From contig CALMRE010000074.1 in NCBI GenBank assembly GCA_937871295.1, forward strand, positions 5,088-69,087: a stretch of DNA of 64,000 bases, written 5' to 3'. The notes under the pieces were generated by a model. That model was not told the DNA's origin and ran no database searches. It saw only the letters and a list, made by a program, of their open reading frames with translations. Position numbers and translations under genes: made by a program. Numbering within the stretch: position 1 is the stretch's first letter; every line of letters starts with the position of its first letter. Shown in pieces: positions 30,341 to 42,402 of this stretch. This DNA comes from an uncultured bacterium. Its GTDB lineage: Bacteria; UBP6; UBA1177; JAKLFG01.

Positions 30341-31474
30341 ATGAAACAGATTATTCTTTCGGTTATTTTTGTGCTTTTCGGAGCAACCTGTTCTCCTTTC
30401 GACGGTGGGCCAGTATATGGAGTGCAAAATGATAGTATAATAATAAAAGCAGGGGGGCACAATACCTGTAGTATAACCGTAGACAACACGCTTTATTGTT
30501 GGGGAAGAAATACTCACGGACAACTTGGCAGTGACAAATATACATCTGATTTCCTATCTACTCCTACACAGGTAGGTTATCAATCTTGGGCCGCGATAGC
30601 GCTCGGAGATTTTCATATATGTGGAATAACAAACGAGAAATCGTTATATTGTTGGGGGTCAGGCATTTTGGGCAATGAGGTATATAGTGAAGAACAAAAT
30701 CCAGTAAAAATAGGCAATGATACATGGCTCAAGATATCAAGATCTTCATATACTTGTGGCATAAACACGGAGCAGAAACTCTTTTGTTGGGGAAACAACA
30801 GTTTCGGTCAGTTGGGGGACGGAACAACGGAAAATAAAATGGTGCCAACAAAAATAGGCGATGACACATGGCATGATGTGGTAGTCGGATCTTCTCATAC
30901 CTGTGGCATAAGAACGGACAAGACGCTCTACTGTTGGGGAGATAATAGTTATGGAAAATTAGGTGATGGTAGTACATATGGTCAGAAGAACACACCAACA
31001 AAAATAAGTGACGATGCTTGGCAGGCAATAACAATTGGCGGCGAGTTCAGTTGTGGCATAAAAGAGTTAGACGGCAGTCGTTATTGCTGGGGTTGGAATG
31101 AGTTTGGAATGTTTGGGGACGGAACAACCGACAGTGAAAATGTTCCAACAAAAACAGATGATGATGTATGGGTTGAAATAAGCGCCGGATGGAGGCATGT
31201 CTGCGGGATAAAGTCTGATAAAATGATTTATTGTTGGGGCATTAATGGAAATGGACAACTTGGAAGTAGACCAGAAAATAAAATCGTTCCGACGAAGGTG
31301 GGATCTGATGCTTGGCGCACAATAACAACCGGTAGCACTCATTCATGTGGCATAAAAGAATTAGATAACAAGCTCTACTGTTGGGGAGATAATGACTTTG
31401 GAGAGGTGGGTGATGGCACATCTGGAGACGATGCCGACAAATACGCCCCAACTCTCGTAGTCGATCCTTTCTAA
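30341..31474 (+). CDS. Secreted RCC1/BLIP-II beta-propeller protein, AT-rich (likely horizontally acquired)
   Basis: Seven H.CGI....LYCWG.N..GQLGDG repeats; signal peptide; sharply lower GC than the flanks. Confidence 0.9.
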   Translation: MKQIILSVIFVLFGATCSPFDGGPVYGVQNDSIIIKAGGHNTCSITVDNTLYCWGRNTHGQLGSDKYTSDFLSTPTQVGYQSWAAIALGDFHICGITNEKSLYCWGSGILGNEVYSEEQNPVKIGNDTWLKISRSSYTCGINTEQKLFCWGNNSFGQLGDGTTENKMVPTKIGDDTWHDVVVGSSHTCGIRTDKTLYCWGDNSYGKLGDGSTYGQKNTPTKISDDAWQAITIGGEFSCGIKELDGSRYCWGWNEFGMFGDGTTDSENVPTKTDDDVWVEISAGWRHVCGIKSDKMIYCWGINGNGQLGSRPENKIVPTKVGSDAWRTITTGSTHSCGIKELDNKLYCWGDNDFGEVGDGTSGDDADKYAPTLVVDPF

Positions 31475-31500
31475 AATTTTTTGTTAATTCCTAGCAACCT

Positions 31501-32133
31501 TTAGCGCGGTTTGAAGAGGCCCGCTTCATTCGAGTTCAGGAAGCAGGCTTTCACGAGATCGTCATCGGTCGGCGCGAGTCGCGCCCTCATCTTTTTGTCG
31601 ATGAGCGGGATATGCGGCAGAGCCGTCAAGCGGTCGCCGATGAAGTTGAGATCGTCGTCGGCCGTCATCCAGTTCTTCCCGCCGAGCCGCATCAGACTCA
31701 CCGGCCGCGAATAACCGCGCAGAGACTTGAAGCCGACCGTGTTGAAATACATATCAAAGTACGACATGACGAGTTCGCGCAAATTTTTGTAGACCGGCTC
31801 GCGGTAACGGAGCACCGTCGTATTCGACTTGGCGACCGCCCCCCACAACCCGTTCACCCGGAACGGTGCGATGATGTGATCGTCGTCGTTCTCGGCCAGC
31901 AGATCGACCACCACCGGCCGCATCCCCATGAACCAGAACACCGCCGCCGCGAAGTAGGCCCCTTCGGCGCAGTGGGCGTGCCGTTCTTTCATCACGCGCC
32001 ACGGCGAGAGGCATATCTTGTGCGACGAATAGGGCGTTTCGTTGAGGAACACCTGAATATCGTGCGGGGTGCGGAACCGCTTCGCGAACCGTGTGAGCTC
32101 TTCGAGCCGTTGCGGGTGGAGCGTTACCGGCAT
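31501..32133 (-). CDS. Conserved hypothetical protein, possible transglutaminase/papain-like fold
   Basis: AHCAEGA...DDDHIIA...WGAVAKSN...YREPVY...ELVMSYF. Confidence 0.7.
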   Translation of the reverse strand: MPVTLHPQRLEELTRFAKRFRTPHDIQVFLNETPYSSHKICLSPWRVMKERHAHCAEGAYFAAAVFWFMGMRPVVVDLLAENDDDHIIAPFRVNGLWGAVAKSNTTVLRYREPVYKNLRELVMSYFDMYFNTVGFKSLRGYSRPVSLMRLGGKNWMTADDDLNFIGDRLTALPHIPLIDKKMRARLAPTDDDLVKACFLNSNEAGLFKPR

Positions 32134-32729
32134 CAGTTCAGCGTCATGAAGTTGATCCGCATGTTGAGCGAGAAGAGGTTCGGTATCTTCGAGTCGTCGT
32201 AGAGATAGTCGAGCACCCAGTCGTAGCGCACGTTGAAGCCGATCGCGAAATCGTCGCCGGTGTAGATATCGGCGCCGAAATCGAAGTAGATGCCGGGGGC
32301 GAAACGGACCCCGGCGGGGAAGTTGCGCTTGCCGCCGAAGTAAATGTTGGGGTCGTAGGCGTTGATGTTCATCGTGACGCCCGCCCCGAGGAAGGGGACG
32401 ACATTGCCCGCGTCGAAAAGGTATTTCACCCCGACCCCCGCCTGCGGCAGGTGGTAGAGGATGCTCTCCTCGGCCACGCCGTCATGGTCTGCCCAGTAGA
32501 GCGCGTTGTATTTCGCGGCCACCACGAGGTTGAGTTCCTGCGTCAGCGGCGGTTCGTAGTGGAAACCGAAACTCGCCCCCATCGCGTCGGGGAAGGGAGA
32601 GTCGTAGAAGTGACCCCACGCAAAGCCGATATCGAAGCCGAGAAAGCCTTCGCCGTCGCCGCTCGATGTTTCGGCCTGCGCGAGGCCGAAGAAGAAGACC
32701 GTGAAAACCACCAGCGCTATCCGTTTCAT
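32133..32729 (-). CDS. Outer-membrane beta-barrel protein
   Basis: Signal peptide; alternating aromatic strands (GVKYLF, VPFLGAG, GFNVRY). Confidence 0.75.
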   Translation of the reverse strand: MKRIALVVFTVFFFGLAQAETSSGDGEGFLGFDIGFAWGHFYDSPFPDAMGASFGFHYEPPLTQELNLVVAAKYNALYWADHDGVAEESILYHLPQAGVGVKYLFDAGNVVPFLGAGVTMNINAYDPNIYFGGKRNFPAGVRFAPGIYFDFGADIYTGDDFAIGFNVRYDWVLDYLYDDSKIPNLFSLNMRINFMTLN

Positions 32730-32822
32730 GGTGTGTTCCTCCGTTTCAATGGTTCATCAGCGCCTCGAACGCCGTGAATGATAGCGCGCCGGACCTTTTA
32801 TTCAAAAATTCTCGCCGTCGCA

Positions 32823-34148
32823 TCACTGGCCATCCTCGCGCTGAAGTTTCGCGAAGAACGATTGATCGGCGCGGATATACTTCGGTTTCCCCTGCGTGAG
32901 GAGCACCATGCCGGGCGGCATACCCTTCTTTTTCTGGACGAACTTCCGTTCGCTGAACCAGACCTCCCCCTCCATCCCGTTGCGCGCCTTGCTGTAGTAG
33001 AGGGCGAGACAACAGCCGAGGAAGACCTCCTCCTCGGTGGCCACTTCCCCTTTTCCCTTCCGCAGGATGACATGACTCCCGGCGTGGTCGCGCGCGTGAA
33101 ACCACAGATCGTGCGGCGAGGAGACTTTGAAGGTGAGTTCGTCGTTGTCGGCGGCCGATTTGCCGACAAGAAAGAGTCGGCCCGACGCGCTGCGGAACCG
33201 GCGGCACGGGAGATGTCGTCCCGGTACGGCCCCGGCGATGCGGCGCGGCATGTCGACGGCGGGGCGGCGCGGTCCCGGTGCGTCGGATTGCGGCGCGGCG
33301 TCGAGCGCCGCGATGGTCCGCTCCGCCTCGGCGATGCGGGTGTCGAGCGTCAAGAGGCCGCGGCCGATCCTCTTCGATTCGGTGAAGAGGTCGTTCATGT
33401 TCTCGGCGATGGTACGCTCGGGATCGAGCGCGACGGTCTTTTCCGCCCCGTCGAACCCGGTGAGCGTCACCGCGCTCCTCCGTTCCTGTGACGGCAGGGT
33501 GTATATCCACGCTTTGATGAGTTCCGCCGTCTCGCGGTGACCGGCGGCCCGCGCCTGCGCCTTTTCCTTTTCGGCGCTCATCTTCGCGATCCGTTCGCGC
33601 AGTCCTTTTTTTTCCTTCTCTATCCGCCGGAGCCGTTCCTCTTCCCGCTTTTTGCGCACCTCGGCCAGAAAGAGCCTCTGCCACTCCAGCGGATCGGTGA
33701 CGCGCGGCGGCAGGTCGCGGAGCGGTTCGGCCAGCGGCGCGAGCGCGGTGTCGGGGTGTTCGCACCAGACGACCGCACCCGCCGCATCGACGATATGGAC
33801 CGCCTTGCCGGAGAAAAGCGGCACGATGAGGGTGATCTCGCCGAACGAAAGGCGCACCACCCGGCCGCAGGCGCTGTCGAGCGTCGCGCCGGTAAAGCGC
33901 CGGCCGCCGATATATTTGCGCAGGCCCTCTTCGAGATTGGTTATCGGGTCGCGCGGGAAGGCGGCGATATCGGTGACCGGGAAGAAGTTGCGCGCGCCGG
34001 TCGAGAAGAATATCCCTTCAAGTCCGCCCGATGCGCCGTAGAGTTTGATGAGTGCGCCGCCGCAGGAACGGTGGACGGTGTTGACGATGGCGCCGGAGCC
34101 GCGGTCGGCAAGGAGCGTCGCGGCGGCCGTCAATTCGGAAAGATGCAT
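32823..34148 (-). CDS. NFACT/RqcH (Rqc2, DUF814) family protein
   Basis: NFACT-R domain LVGKSAADNDELT...DLWFHARDHAGSHVIL...ALYYSK...KFVQKKKG.PPG.V; central coiled coil; ATG overlaps the TAA of the AAA gene. Confidence 0.85.
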   Translation of the reverse strand: MHLSELTAAATLLADRGSGAIVNTVHRSCGGALIKLYGASGGLEGIFFSTGARNFFPVTDIAAFPRDPITNLEEGLRKYIGGRRFTGATLDSACGRVVRLSFGEITLIVPLFSGKAVHIVDAAGAVVWCEHPDTALAPLAEPLRDLPPRVTDPLEWQRLFLAEVRKKREEERLRRIEKEKKGLRERIAKMSAEKEKAQARAAGHRETAELIKAWIYTLPSQERRSAVTLTGFDGAEKTVALDPERTIAENMNDLFTESKRIGRGLLTLDTRIAEAERTIAALDAAPQSDAPGPRRPAVDMPRRIAGAVPGRHLPCRRFRSASGRLFLVGKSAADNDELTFKVSSPHDLWFHARDHAGSHVILRKGKGEVATEEEVFLGCCLALYYSKARNGMEGEVWFSERKFVQKKKGMPPGMVLLTQGKPKYIRADQSFFAKLQREDGQ

Positions 34149-35482
34149 TACGGCTGACCGTTGAAGAGCGACTCGACGCGGATGTTGCCCGATGCGTTGC
34201 GGGCCCTGCCGCGCGACCACATCCGGAGTTTCTTGATCTGTTCCTCATAGGTCACGGCGAGCGGCACGGTGCGGCGCAAGACCTCTTCAAGCGTTTTCTG
34301 CGTCAGTTCCCGTCCTTTGGCGTAGTCGGCCACCAGTCCGTCGACCACGATCTGCTCCATCTCGGCGCCCGAAAAATGTTCGGCCGCGGCGGCGAGTTTG
34401 GCCAGATCGTATTTCTTCGGGTCGCGGTGCCGCCGCTCGAGGTGGATGCGCAGTATCTCTTCCCGTTCGTCGGCCGCCGGCAGGTCGATGAAGAATATCT
34501 CGTCGAAGCGACCCTTGCGGAGGAGTTCGGGCGGCAGGACCTCGACATTGTTGGCGGTCGCCACGAGGAACACCGGACGGCTCTTTTCCTGCATCCAGGT
34601 CATCAGCCACCCCAGCACGCGCCGTATCTCGGCCGATTGGTCGTCCTGAAAGAGCGCCTTTTCTATCTCGTCTATCCACAGGACGATGGGGGCGAACGCC
34701 TCGGCCACCGTCACCGCCTCCTTGATGAGTTCCTCGACGCTCGACCCCTGCCGGAACAGGTTCACGAAATCGAGCCGCACCAGCGGGAAGTTCCAGATAT
34801 TCGCGATGGTCTTGGAGGTCAGGCTTTTACCGCACCCCTGCACGCCGAGCATCAGCATACCCTTGGGCATCGGGATGCCGAAATCGCGCGCCTTGTCGGA
34901 GAAATTGCTTCTCCGCTCGACGATCCACTGCTTGAGTTCGGCAAGTCCGCCGATGTCGCCGATGCCGCCGCCCACCTTCATCACCTCGAGCACCGGATTG
35001 CGCGAGAGAAGGTTGCGTTTGTTGTCGAGCAGGTATTCGACCGCCGCCGCCTCGGGCATCGCCGCGACCGCCGTAAGCAGTTCCTCGATCCGCAGGTAGG
35101 GGAAGCCGTGGATGTTCTCGGTGATCACCGCCTTCGCGTCGGCCGAGAAGGGGAGCGCCGCGATGGCCGGGTCGAAGGCGCGGTAGTCCTCCGCCTCATT
35201 CTCGATGACGGCGTAGCGCATGAGCACCGCCGGGAGCGTCAGTTCGCGGCAGAAAAAGGTGACCGGCGCGGTCGAGACGAAGATCGCTTCGAGAAGCCGG
35301 AGCGCCTTGAGGTCGTCGGTGAAGAAATGTTCGGCGTAGGGGAGCGCCACCGGCTCGCCCGACCGGATGGTCTCGACGAGGTGATCGAAAAAATCGCCGG
35401 CGTCGCCGGAACTCCAGTCTATCCGCCCCTCGGCATGACGGGCGCTGAAGAAGGGGTCGTTGCAACGGACAATGCGGAACAT
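34148..35482 (-). CDS. AAA+ ATPase (Ycf46-like)
   Basis: [10 protein letters not shown]; Walker A GVQGCGKS; Walker [13 protein letters not shown]...[16 protein letters not shown]. Confidence 0.92.
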   Translation of the reverse strand: MFRIVRCNDPFFSARHAEGRIDWSSGDAGDFFDHLVETIRSGEPVALPYAEHFFTDDLKALRLLEAIFVSTAPVTFFCRELTLPAVLMRYAVIENEAEDYRAFDPAIAALPFSADAKAVITENIHGFPYLRIEELLTAVAAMPEAAAVEYLLDNKRNLLSRNPVLEVMKVGGGIGDIGGLAELKQWIVERRSNFSDKARDFGIPMPKGMLMLGVQGCGKSLTSKTIANIWNFPLVRLDFVNLFRQGSSVEELIKEAVTVAEAFAPIVLWIDEIEKALFQDDQSAEIRRVLGWLMTWMQEKSRPVFLVATANNVEVLPPELLRKGRFDEIFFIDLPAADEREEILRIHLERRHRDPKKYDLAKLAAAAEHFSGAEMEQIVVDGLVADYAKGRELTQKTLEEVLRRTVPLAVTYEEQIKKLRMWSRGRARNASGNIRVESLFNGQP

Positions 35483-35598
35483 GGTGCCCTCCCTGACGGT
35501 CCGGCGCGATTATAGCCGAGCGGCCGAATAAAAGCAAAATCTTGAGAAACGAACCGGCGCAAGTAATATCCCGGCGATATGTCCCGATGGAGGAGACG

Positions 35599-38235
<2,637 letters not shown>

Positions 38236-38239
38236 CCGG

Positions 38240-39847
38240 CTATTTCTTCACCGGCACGTGCATCATCACGATAACGAACCCCTTGTCCTCGGTGATCGAA
38301 CGGAGGATATCGTTCTGCTCGAGGGTCTTGTTGAGGGTCGGCACATTGAGTCGCGGGATGTGCTGTTTGAGGGCGCCCGACAGTATCTTTTCCAGCGTGT
38401 CGCCGTCGACGCCGCCCGACAGGCCGATCTCGAACAGAACGCCCCCCTCGTCGTGCTGGGTGCGGAACAGTATCCTGCGCGGCTCCTCGTTCTTGAGGAA
38501 ATGCATCGCCAGCGAGATATGGGCGTCGATGATGTAACTGAAGTCGCGGTAGATGCCGTGGATGACCGGCAGGTTCTCGGCCAGTTCGACCACCTTCTCG
38601 TAGTCGTGTTTGAACTCCATGTCGGCCTCGAGGAAGGTGAGTTCGGCGCGGATGATGCCGTTGAGGTCCATGTAGTCGGGCTTTTCGACCTTGTCCTGCG
38701 CCGCCTTGGTCGAGATGTTGGATACGATGCCGTTGATGCTCTCGGCCGCCTTGTGGATGCGGTCGGTGGTCTTGCGCAGACGCTCGATCTGCATCTCGTC
38801 GGGGTATTTCGACGCCAGCGAATTGATCACCGTTTCGACCAGTTCGTGACTCAGCATGATGGTATTGAGCGGCGAGTTGATGTTGTGGGCGATACCTTCG
38901 GTGAGGTGGGTGATGGACATCATCTTCTCCTGTTCCGAGATGATGTCGTCGAACTCGTGTTCCTTGTGGATGAGTTCGTTCCGTTCGAGGTAGACCGCGA
39001 CGATGGAGAAATACATCTCGAGCAGCGTCAGGTTCTTGACGATGAGTCCCGAATCCTTGCGGGTCGCGATGAAAGCGGCGCCGCGGAGATCTTTGTGGAA
39101 GCGTATGGGGAAGCCGAAGCAGTCGGCGCCGTGGCCGCAGGAGAGGAACTCGGCGACCGGTTGCGGCACCACCGGGCGGTCGAGCCGGATGAACCGTTCG
39201 CCCGAGAGCATCGCGGTGAGATTCCGGTTGAAGGCCGCCTGACCGAACAGTTTCTTGAGCGGCGCGCGCGCCTCTTCGGTCGCGACCGTCGTGCCGATGA
39301 CGGCGACCGCTCCCTTCGTGTCGTTGATGATCAGCACCGCGCGGTCGGCGTCGGCCGCCTTTACCGATTCCTCGGCGATGAGTTCGAGTATCCCCAGCGC
39401 GCTGTCCATGAACCAGACCGTCTTGTTGAGGGCGATGACGTTCTCGTAATCGCGCCGCAGTTTGTCGAGATCGGCGTTGACCCGCTTCTGCGTGTTGAAG
39501 GCCTCTTCGAGTTTCTGATGTTTCGCGAAAAGTATCTCCTTCTCGCGGGCCAGAAGGGCGTCCTTGGTCGTTATCTCGGCCTGCAGGCGCTGGATGATCT
39601 GCGGCAGGTCGCGGGTCTGTTTCTCCATGTCGGCATACTCGAAATAGAGACTGCGGGCGGCTATGATGAGGAGGAACGCGGCGACGAGAGCCACGAAGGC
39701 GACGAGTATCGTGGCGGTCGCGGCGAATTTATGAATGTCGGCGAACAACAGCGTCCAATCGACCGAGGAGAAACTCACTATCGCCCCGACGGCGAAAGCG
39801 ATGAACGCGGGCCAGAATATGGCCAACAGGATTTTTCTGTACTTCAT
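38240..39847 (-). CDS. Membrane sensor with GAF-like and HisKA domains and a degenerate ATPase domain
   Basis: 2 TM, coiled coil, H-box GIAHNINSPL; N, G1 and G2 boxes not recognisable. Confidence 0.75.
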   Translation of the reverse strand: MKYRKILLAIFWPAFIAFAVGAIVSFSSVDWTLLFADIHKFAATATILVAFVALVAAFLLIIAARSLYFEYADMEKQTRDLPQIIQRLQAEITTKDALLAREKEILFAKHQKLEEAFNTQKRVNADLDKLRRDYENVIALNKTVWFMDSALGILELIAEESVKAADADRAVLIINDTKGAVAVIGTTVATEEARAPLKKLFGQAAFNRNLTAMLSGERFIRLDRPVVPQPVAEFLSCGHGADCFGFPIRFHKDLRGAAFIATRKDSGLIVKNLTLLEMYFSIVAVYLERNELIHKEHEFDDIISEQEKMMSITHLTEGIAHNINSPLNTIMLSHELVETVINSLASKYPDEMQIERLRKTTDRIHKAAESINGIVSNISTKAAQDKVEKPDYMDLNGIIRAELTFLEADMEFKHDYEKVVELAENLPVIHGIYRDFSYIIDAHISLAMHFLKNEEPRRILFRTQHDEGGVLFEIGLSGGVDGDTLEKILSGALKQHIPRLNVPTLNKTLEQNDILRSITEDKGFVIVMMHVPVKK

Positions 39848-39901
39848 TCGCGCTCCCGATAAGATAGAACCGTCGCATATGGTAGTGAAAACGGCGGTCC
39901 G

Positions 39902-40522
39902 ATGCAAATAAAAACAGTCGTTATCTGGACGGCGATGACCGGTTCGGCTCTCGCGATGAACCTTGCCCGGTTCGAATTCCGTCATCTCGCCTTTCCTCTC
40001 CTTCTGCTCCTTCTGCCGTTCCTCGCTGCACCGGCGCGTCTCCTCACGGAACGACTTGCGTGGCCTCCCCGCGGTATCCGGGAACTGCTCCTCCTTCTAA
40101 CCGCCATCGTCGTCTTTTTTCCTCCGGGCTTTTTCTTCTATCATCTCGCGTGGTTGGATCATGCCGTGGCGATGCCCGCGGCGGCGGCGCTCGTCGATGC
40201 CGCGTTAAAGAGTCTGATGCTCGCCCTCACCGCAGCGGTACCCGAGGAGTTCTTCTTTCGCGGCTGGCTGCAGGAAACGGCGCTCGCCCGGCACGACAAG
40301 CCGGCGATCCTCTTCATCACCCGCAAGAACCTCTTTTCGAGCGCTCTGTTCGGCCTTGCCCACGGCATCGCGTTCCTCAATCCGCTCTCGGCGGCCACCT
40401 TTTTCCCGTCGCTTCTGTTCGGCTGGCTGACCGAGCGAAGCGGCGGCAGTATCGTCCCGGCGGTCATCTTGCATGCGGTGTCGAATCTGGTGCTGTTCCT
40501 GCTGCTCGCATTCCTCGCCTGA
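39902..40522 (+). CDS. CPBP (Rce1/Abi) intramembrane glutamic protease, myxosortase-like
   Basis: PEEFFFRGWLQ, LFGLAH, FFPSLLFGWL.ER.G.SI, ILHAVSN. Confidence 0.85.
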   Translation: MQIKTVVIWTAMTGSALAMNLARFEFRHLAFPLLLLLLPFLAAPARLLTERLAWPPRGIRELLLLLTAIVVFFPPGFFFYHLAWLDHAVAMPAAAALVDAALKSLMLALTAAVPEEFFFRGWLQETALARHDKPAILFITRKNLFSSALFGLAHGIAFLNPLSAATFFPSLLFGWLTERSGGSIVPAVILHAVSNLVLFLLLAFLA

Positions 40523-40589
40523 TTTAATTGCAAAAAGCGCCCCCATCTGCTACAGTCGGCCCGTTATTAGCTACGAGGGAGTGACCTCT

Positions 40590-41357
40590 ATGAAAAAACT
40601 CGTGTTTGTCGGCGTCGCGGTTGCGATGCTTATGTTCGCCTGCCAGAAGGGCGGAGAGGCGGTCAAGAAAGAGATGACCAAGGAAGATCTCAAGACCCAG
40701 ATGGACAAGGTCAGCTACGGCATCGGCCTTGATATGGGCAAGAATTTCAAGAAGAACGAGATGGCGATCAATGTCGACCTGTTCCTCAAAGGGACCAAGG
40801 ACGGACTCGCCGGCACCGGCTACCTCATGAACGACGAGGAGTTCCGCGCGGCCATGCAGGAATTCCAGCAGGACATGATGAAGAAGATGCAGGAAGGGAA
40901 CGCCAAGAAGGCGACCGAGAACCGCGAGAAGGGGAAGAAATTCCTTGAAGACAACGCGAAACGGCCCGGCGTCAAGGTGACCGCGAGCGGCCTGCAGTAT
41001 GAAGTGGTCAAAGAAGGTACCGGCGCCCAGCCGAAACCGGAAGAGACCGTCACGGTCAACTATGTCGGCACCCTGACCGACGGCACCGAATTCGACAGCT
41101 CCATCAAGCGCGGCGAGCCGGCGAAGTTCCAGCTCAACCGCGTCATCCCCGGCTGGACCGAGGGTGTGGGCCTCATGAAGGTCGGAGCGAAGTATCGCTT
41201 TGTCATCCCCGACAATCTGGCCTATGGCGAACGGCAGATGGGCGACAAGATCATGCCCGGCTCGGTCCTCGTGTTCGAGGTCGAACTGCTCGGCGTCGAG
41301 AAGAGCCCCGAAGGCGCCGCCGGCCCGAAACCGATGCCGAAACCGCTCAAGAAATAA
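40590..41357 (+). CDS. fkpA: FKBP-type peptidyl-prolyl isomerase (lipoprotein)
   Basis: Lipobox MFAC; KVSYGIG; TASGLQY; YVGTLTDGTEFDSS; VIPGWTEG; LVFEVELL. Confidence 0.93.
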   Translation: MKKLVFVGVAVAMLMFACQKGGEAVKKEMTKEDLKTQMDKVSYGIGLDMGKNFKKNEMAINVDLFLKGTKDGLAGTGYLMNDEEFRAAMQEFQQDMMKKMQEGNAKKATENREKGKKFLEDNAKRPGVKVTASGLQYEVVKEGTGAQPKPEETVTVNYVGTLTDGTEFDSSIKRGEPAKFQLNRVIPGWTEGVGLMKVGAKYRFVIPDNLAYGERQMGDKIMPGSVLVFEVELLGVEKSPEGAAGPKPMPKPLKK

Positions 41358-41375
41358 GTCTCCTATTTCACCGCG
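41344..41375. repeat. 32-bp direct repeat, copy 1 (fkpA 3' end and stop)
   Basis: cgctcaagaaataagtctcctatttcaccgcg; 30/32 identical to 42341..42372. Confidence 0.92.
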
Positions 41376-41460
41376 TTTTTCCATATCCCTTCAATCTTGA
41401 CAATTTTCTCGTTCGGCGATACAAATTCACGGAGAAACGGTCAAAGGGGCGGGTCTTTTC

Positions 41461-42354
41461 ATGAGTAAAACAGGCATCCCGGCGATGTTCGACGGCTTCA
41501 CCATCCGCCGAGTGTACGACGAACAGAAAGAGGTCTGGTACTTCTCGGTCATCGACATCATTCGGGCGCTCATCCAACAGCCCGACTATCTGACGGCCAG
41601 AAAGTACTGGAACAAACTGAAAGAGCGATTGGCGAAAGAAGGAAGTGAGTCGGTGACAAAATGTCACCGACTGAAACTTGCAGCAGCCGACGGCAAACAA
41701 TACCTCACCGATGTCGCCGACGCCGAAACGCTTCTACGCCTTATCCAGTCGGTGCCGAGCCCCAAGGCAGAGCCGATAAAACTCTGGCTTGCGAAGGTCG
41801 GCTACGAGCGGATGCAGGAAATGACCGATCCGGAACGGTCGCTTGACCGTGCCCGCGACAACTGGCGCAAGCATGGCCGCAGCGAGAAGTGGATACAACA
41901 GCGGATGATGAGTCAGGAAACGCGCAACAAACTGACCGATTATTGGAAAGACCATGAGATCACCAAGGATGAAGAATTCGCGATACTGACCAACATCATC
42001 CATCAGGAATGGAGCGATCTTTCGGTCAAGGAACATAAGGCGCTCAAGGGAATCAAAACGCAGAATCTGCGCGACCACATGACCGAAGCGGAACTCATCT
42101 TTACCGCGCTTGCCGAACTTTCGACACGGCAGATAGCCGAAAGCGTGGCGGCGACCGGAATGGCAGAGAACGCGACCGCCGGAAAGAAGGGTGGGCGCAT
42201 CGCGAAACGGGCGCGCCTCGAACTGGAGCAGAAGACCGGCCGCAAGGTCGTATCGGGCGAAAGCTTCCTCCCGCCGAAAGAGGAACCGAAACGGCTGGAG
42301 GATCGTCCCAAAAAACAAAAGAAGAAATCACAGAAAAGGTCGCTCAAGAAATAA
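41461..42354 (+). CDS. Bro-N domain protein (phage antirepressor-like)
   Basis: IRRVYD...WYFSVIDII...RKYWNKLKERL...AADGKQYLTD...LLRLIQSVPSPKAEPIKLWLA...NLRDHMT. Confidence 0.9.
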   Translation: MSKTGIPAMFDGFTIRRVYDEQKEVWYFSVIDIIRALIQQPDYLTARKYWNKLKERLAKEGSESVTKCHRLKLAAADGKQYLTDVADAETLLRLIQSVPSPKAEPIKLWLAKVGYERMQEMTDPERSLDRARDNWRKHGRSEKWIQQRMMSQETRNKLTDYWKDHEITKDEEFAILTNIIHQEWSDLSVKEHKALKGIKTQNLRDHMTEAELIFTALAELSTRQIAESVAATGMAENATAGKKGGRIAKRARLELEQKTGRKVVSGESFLPPKEEPKRLEDRPKKQKKKSQKRSLKK

Positions 42355-42372
42355 GTCCTCTATTTCACCGCG
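42341..42372. repeat. 32-bp direct repeat, copy 2 (supplies the Bro-N stop codon)
   Basis: cgctcaagaaataagtcctctatttcaccgcg. Confidence 0.92.
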
Positions 42373-42402
42373 CATACCGCAGCTCTTGACATCATTTCCC
42401 GC

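Noticed and set aside
30341..31474. DGR target or integron cassette
   Set aside because: No reverse transcriptase, no template/variable repeat pair, no recognisable attC and no integrase in the window.
41461..42354. Prophage suggested by the Bro-N gene
   Set aside because: There are no integrase, structural, replication or lysis genes; it is a lone cassette.
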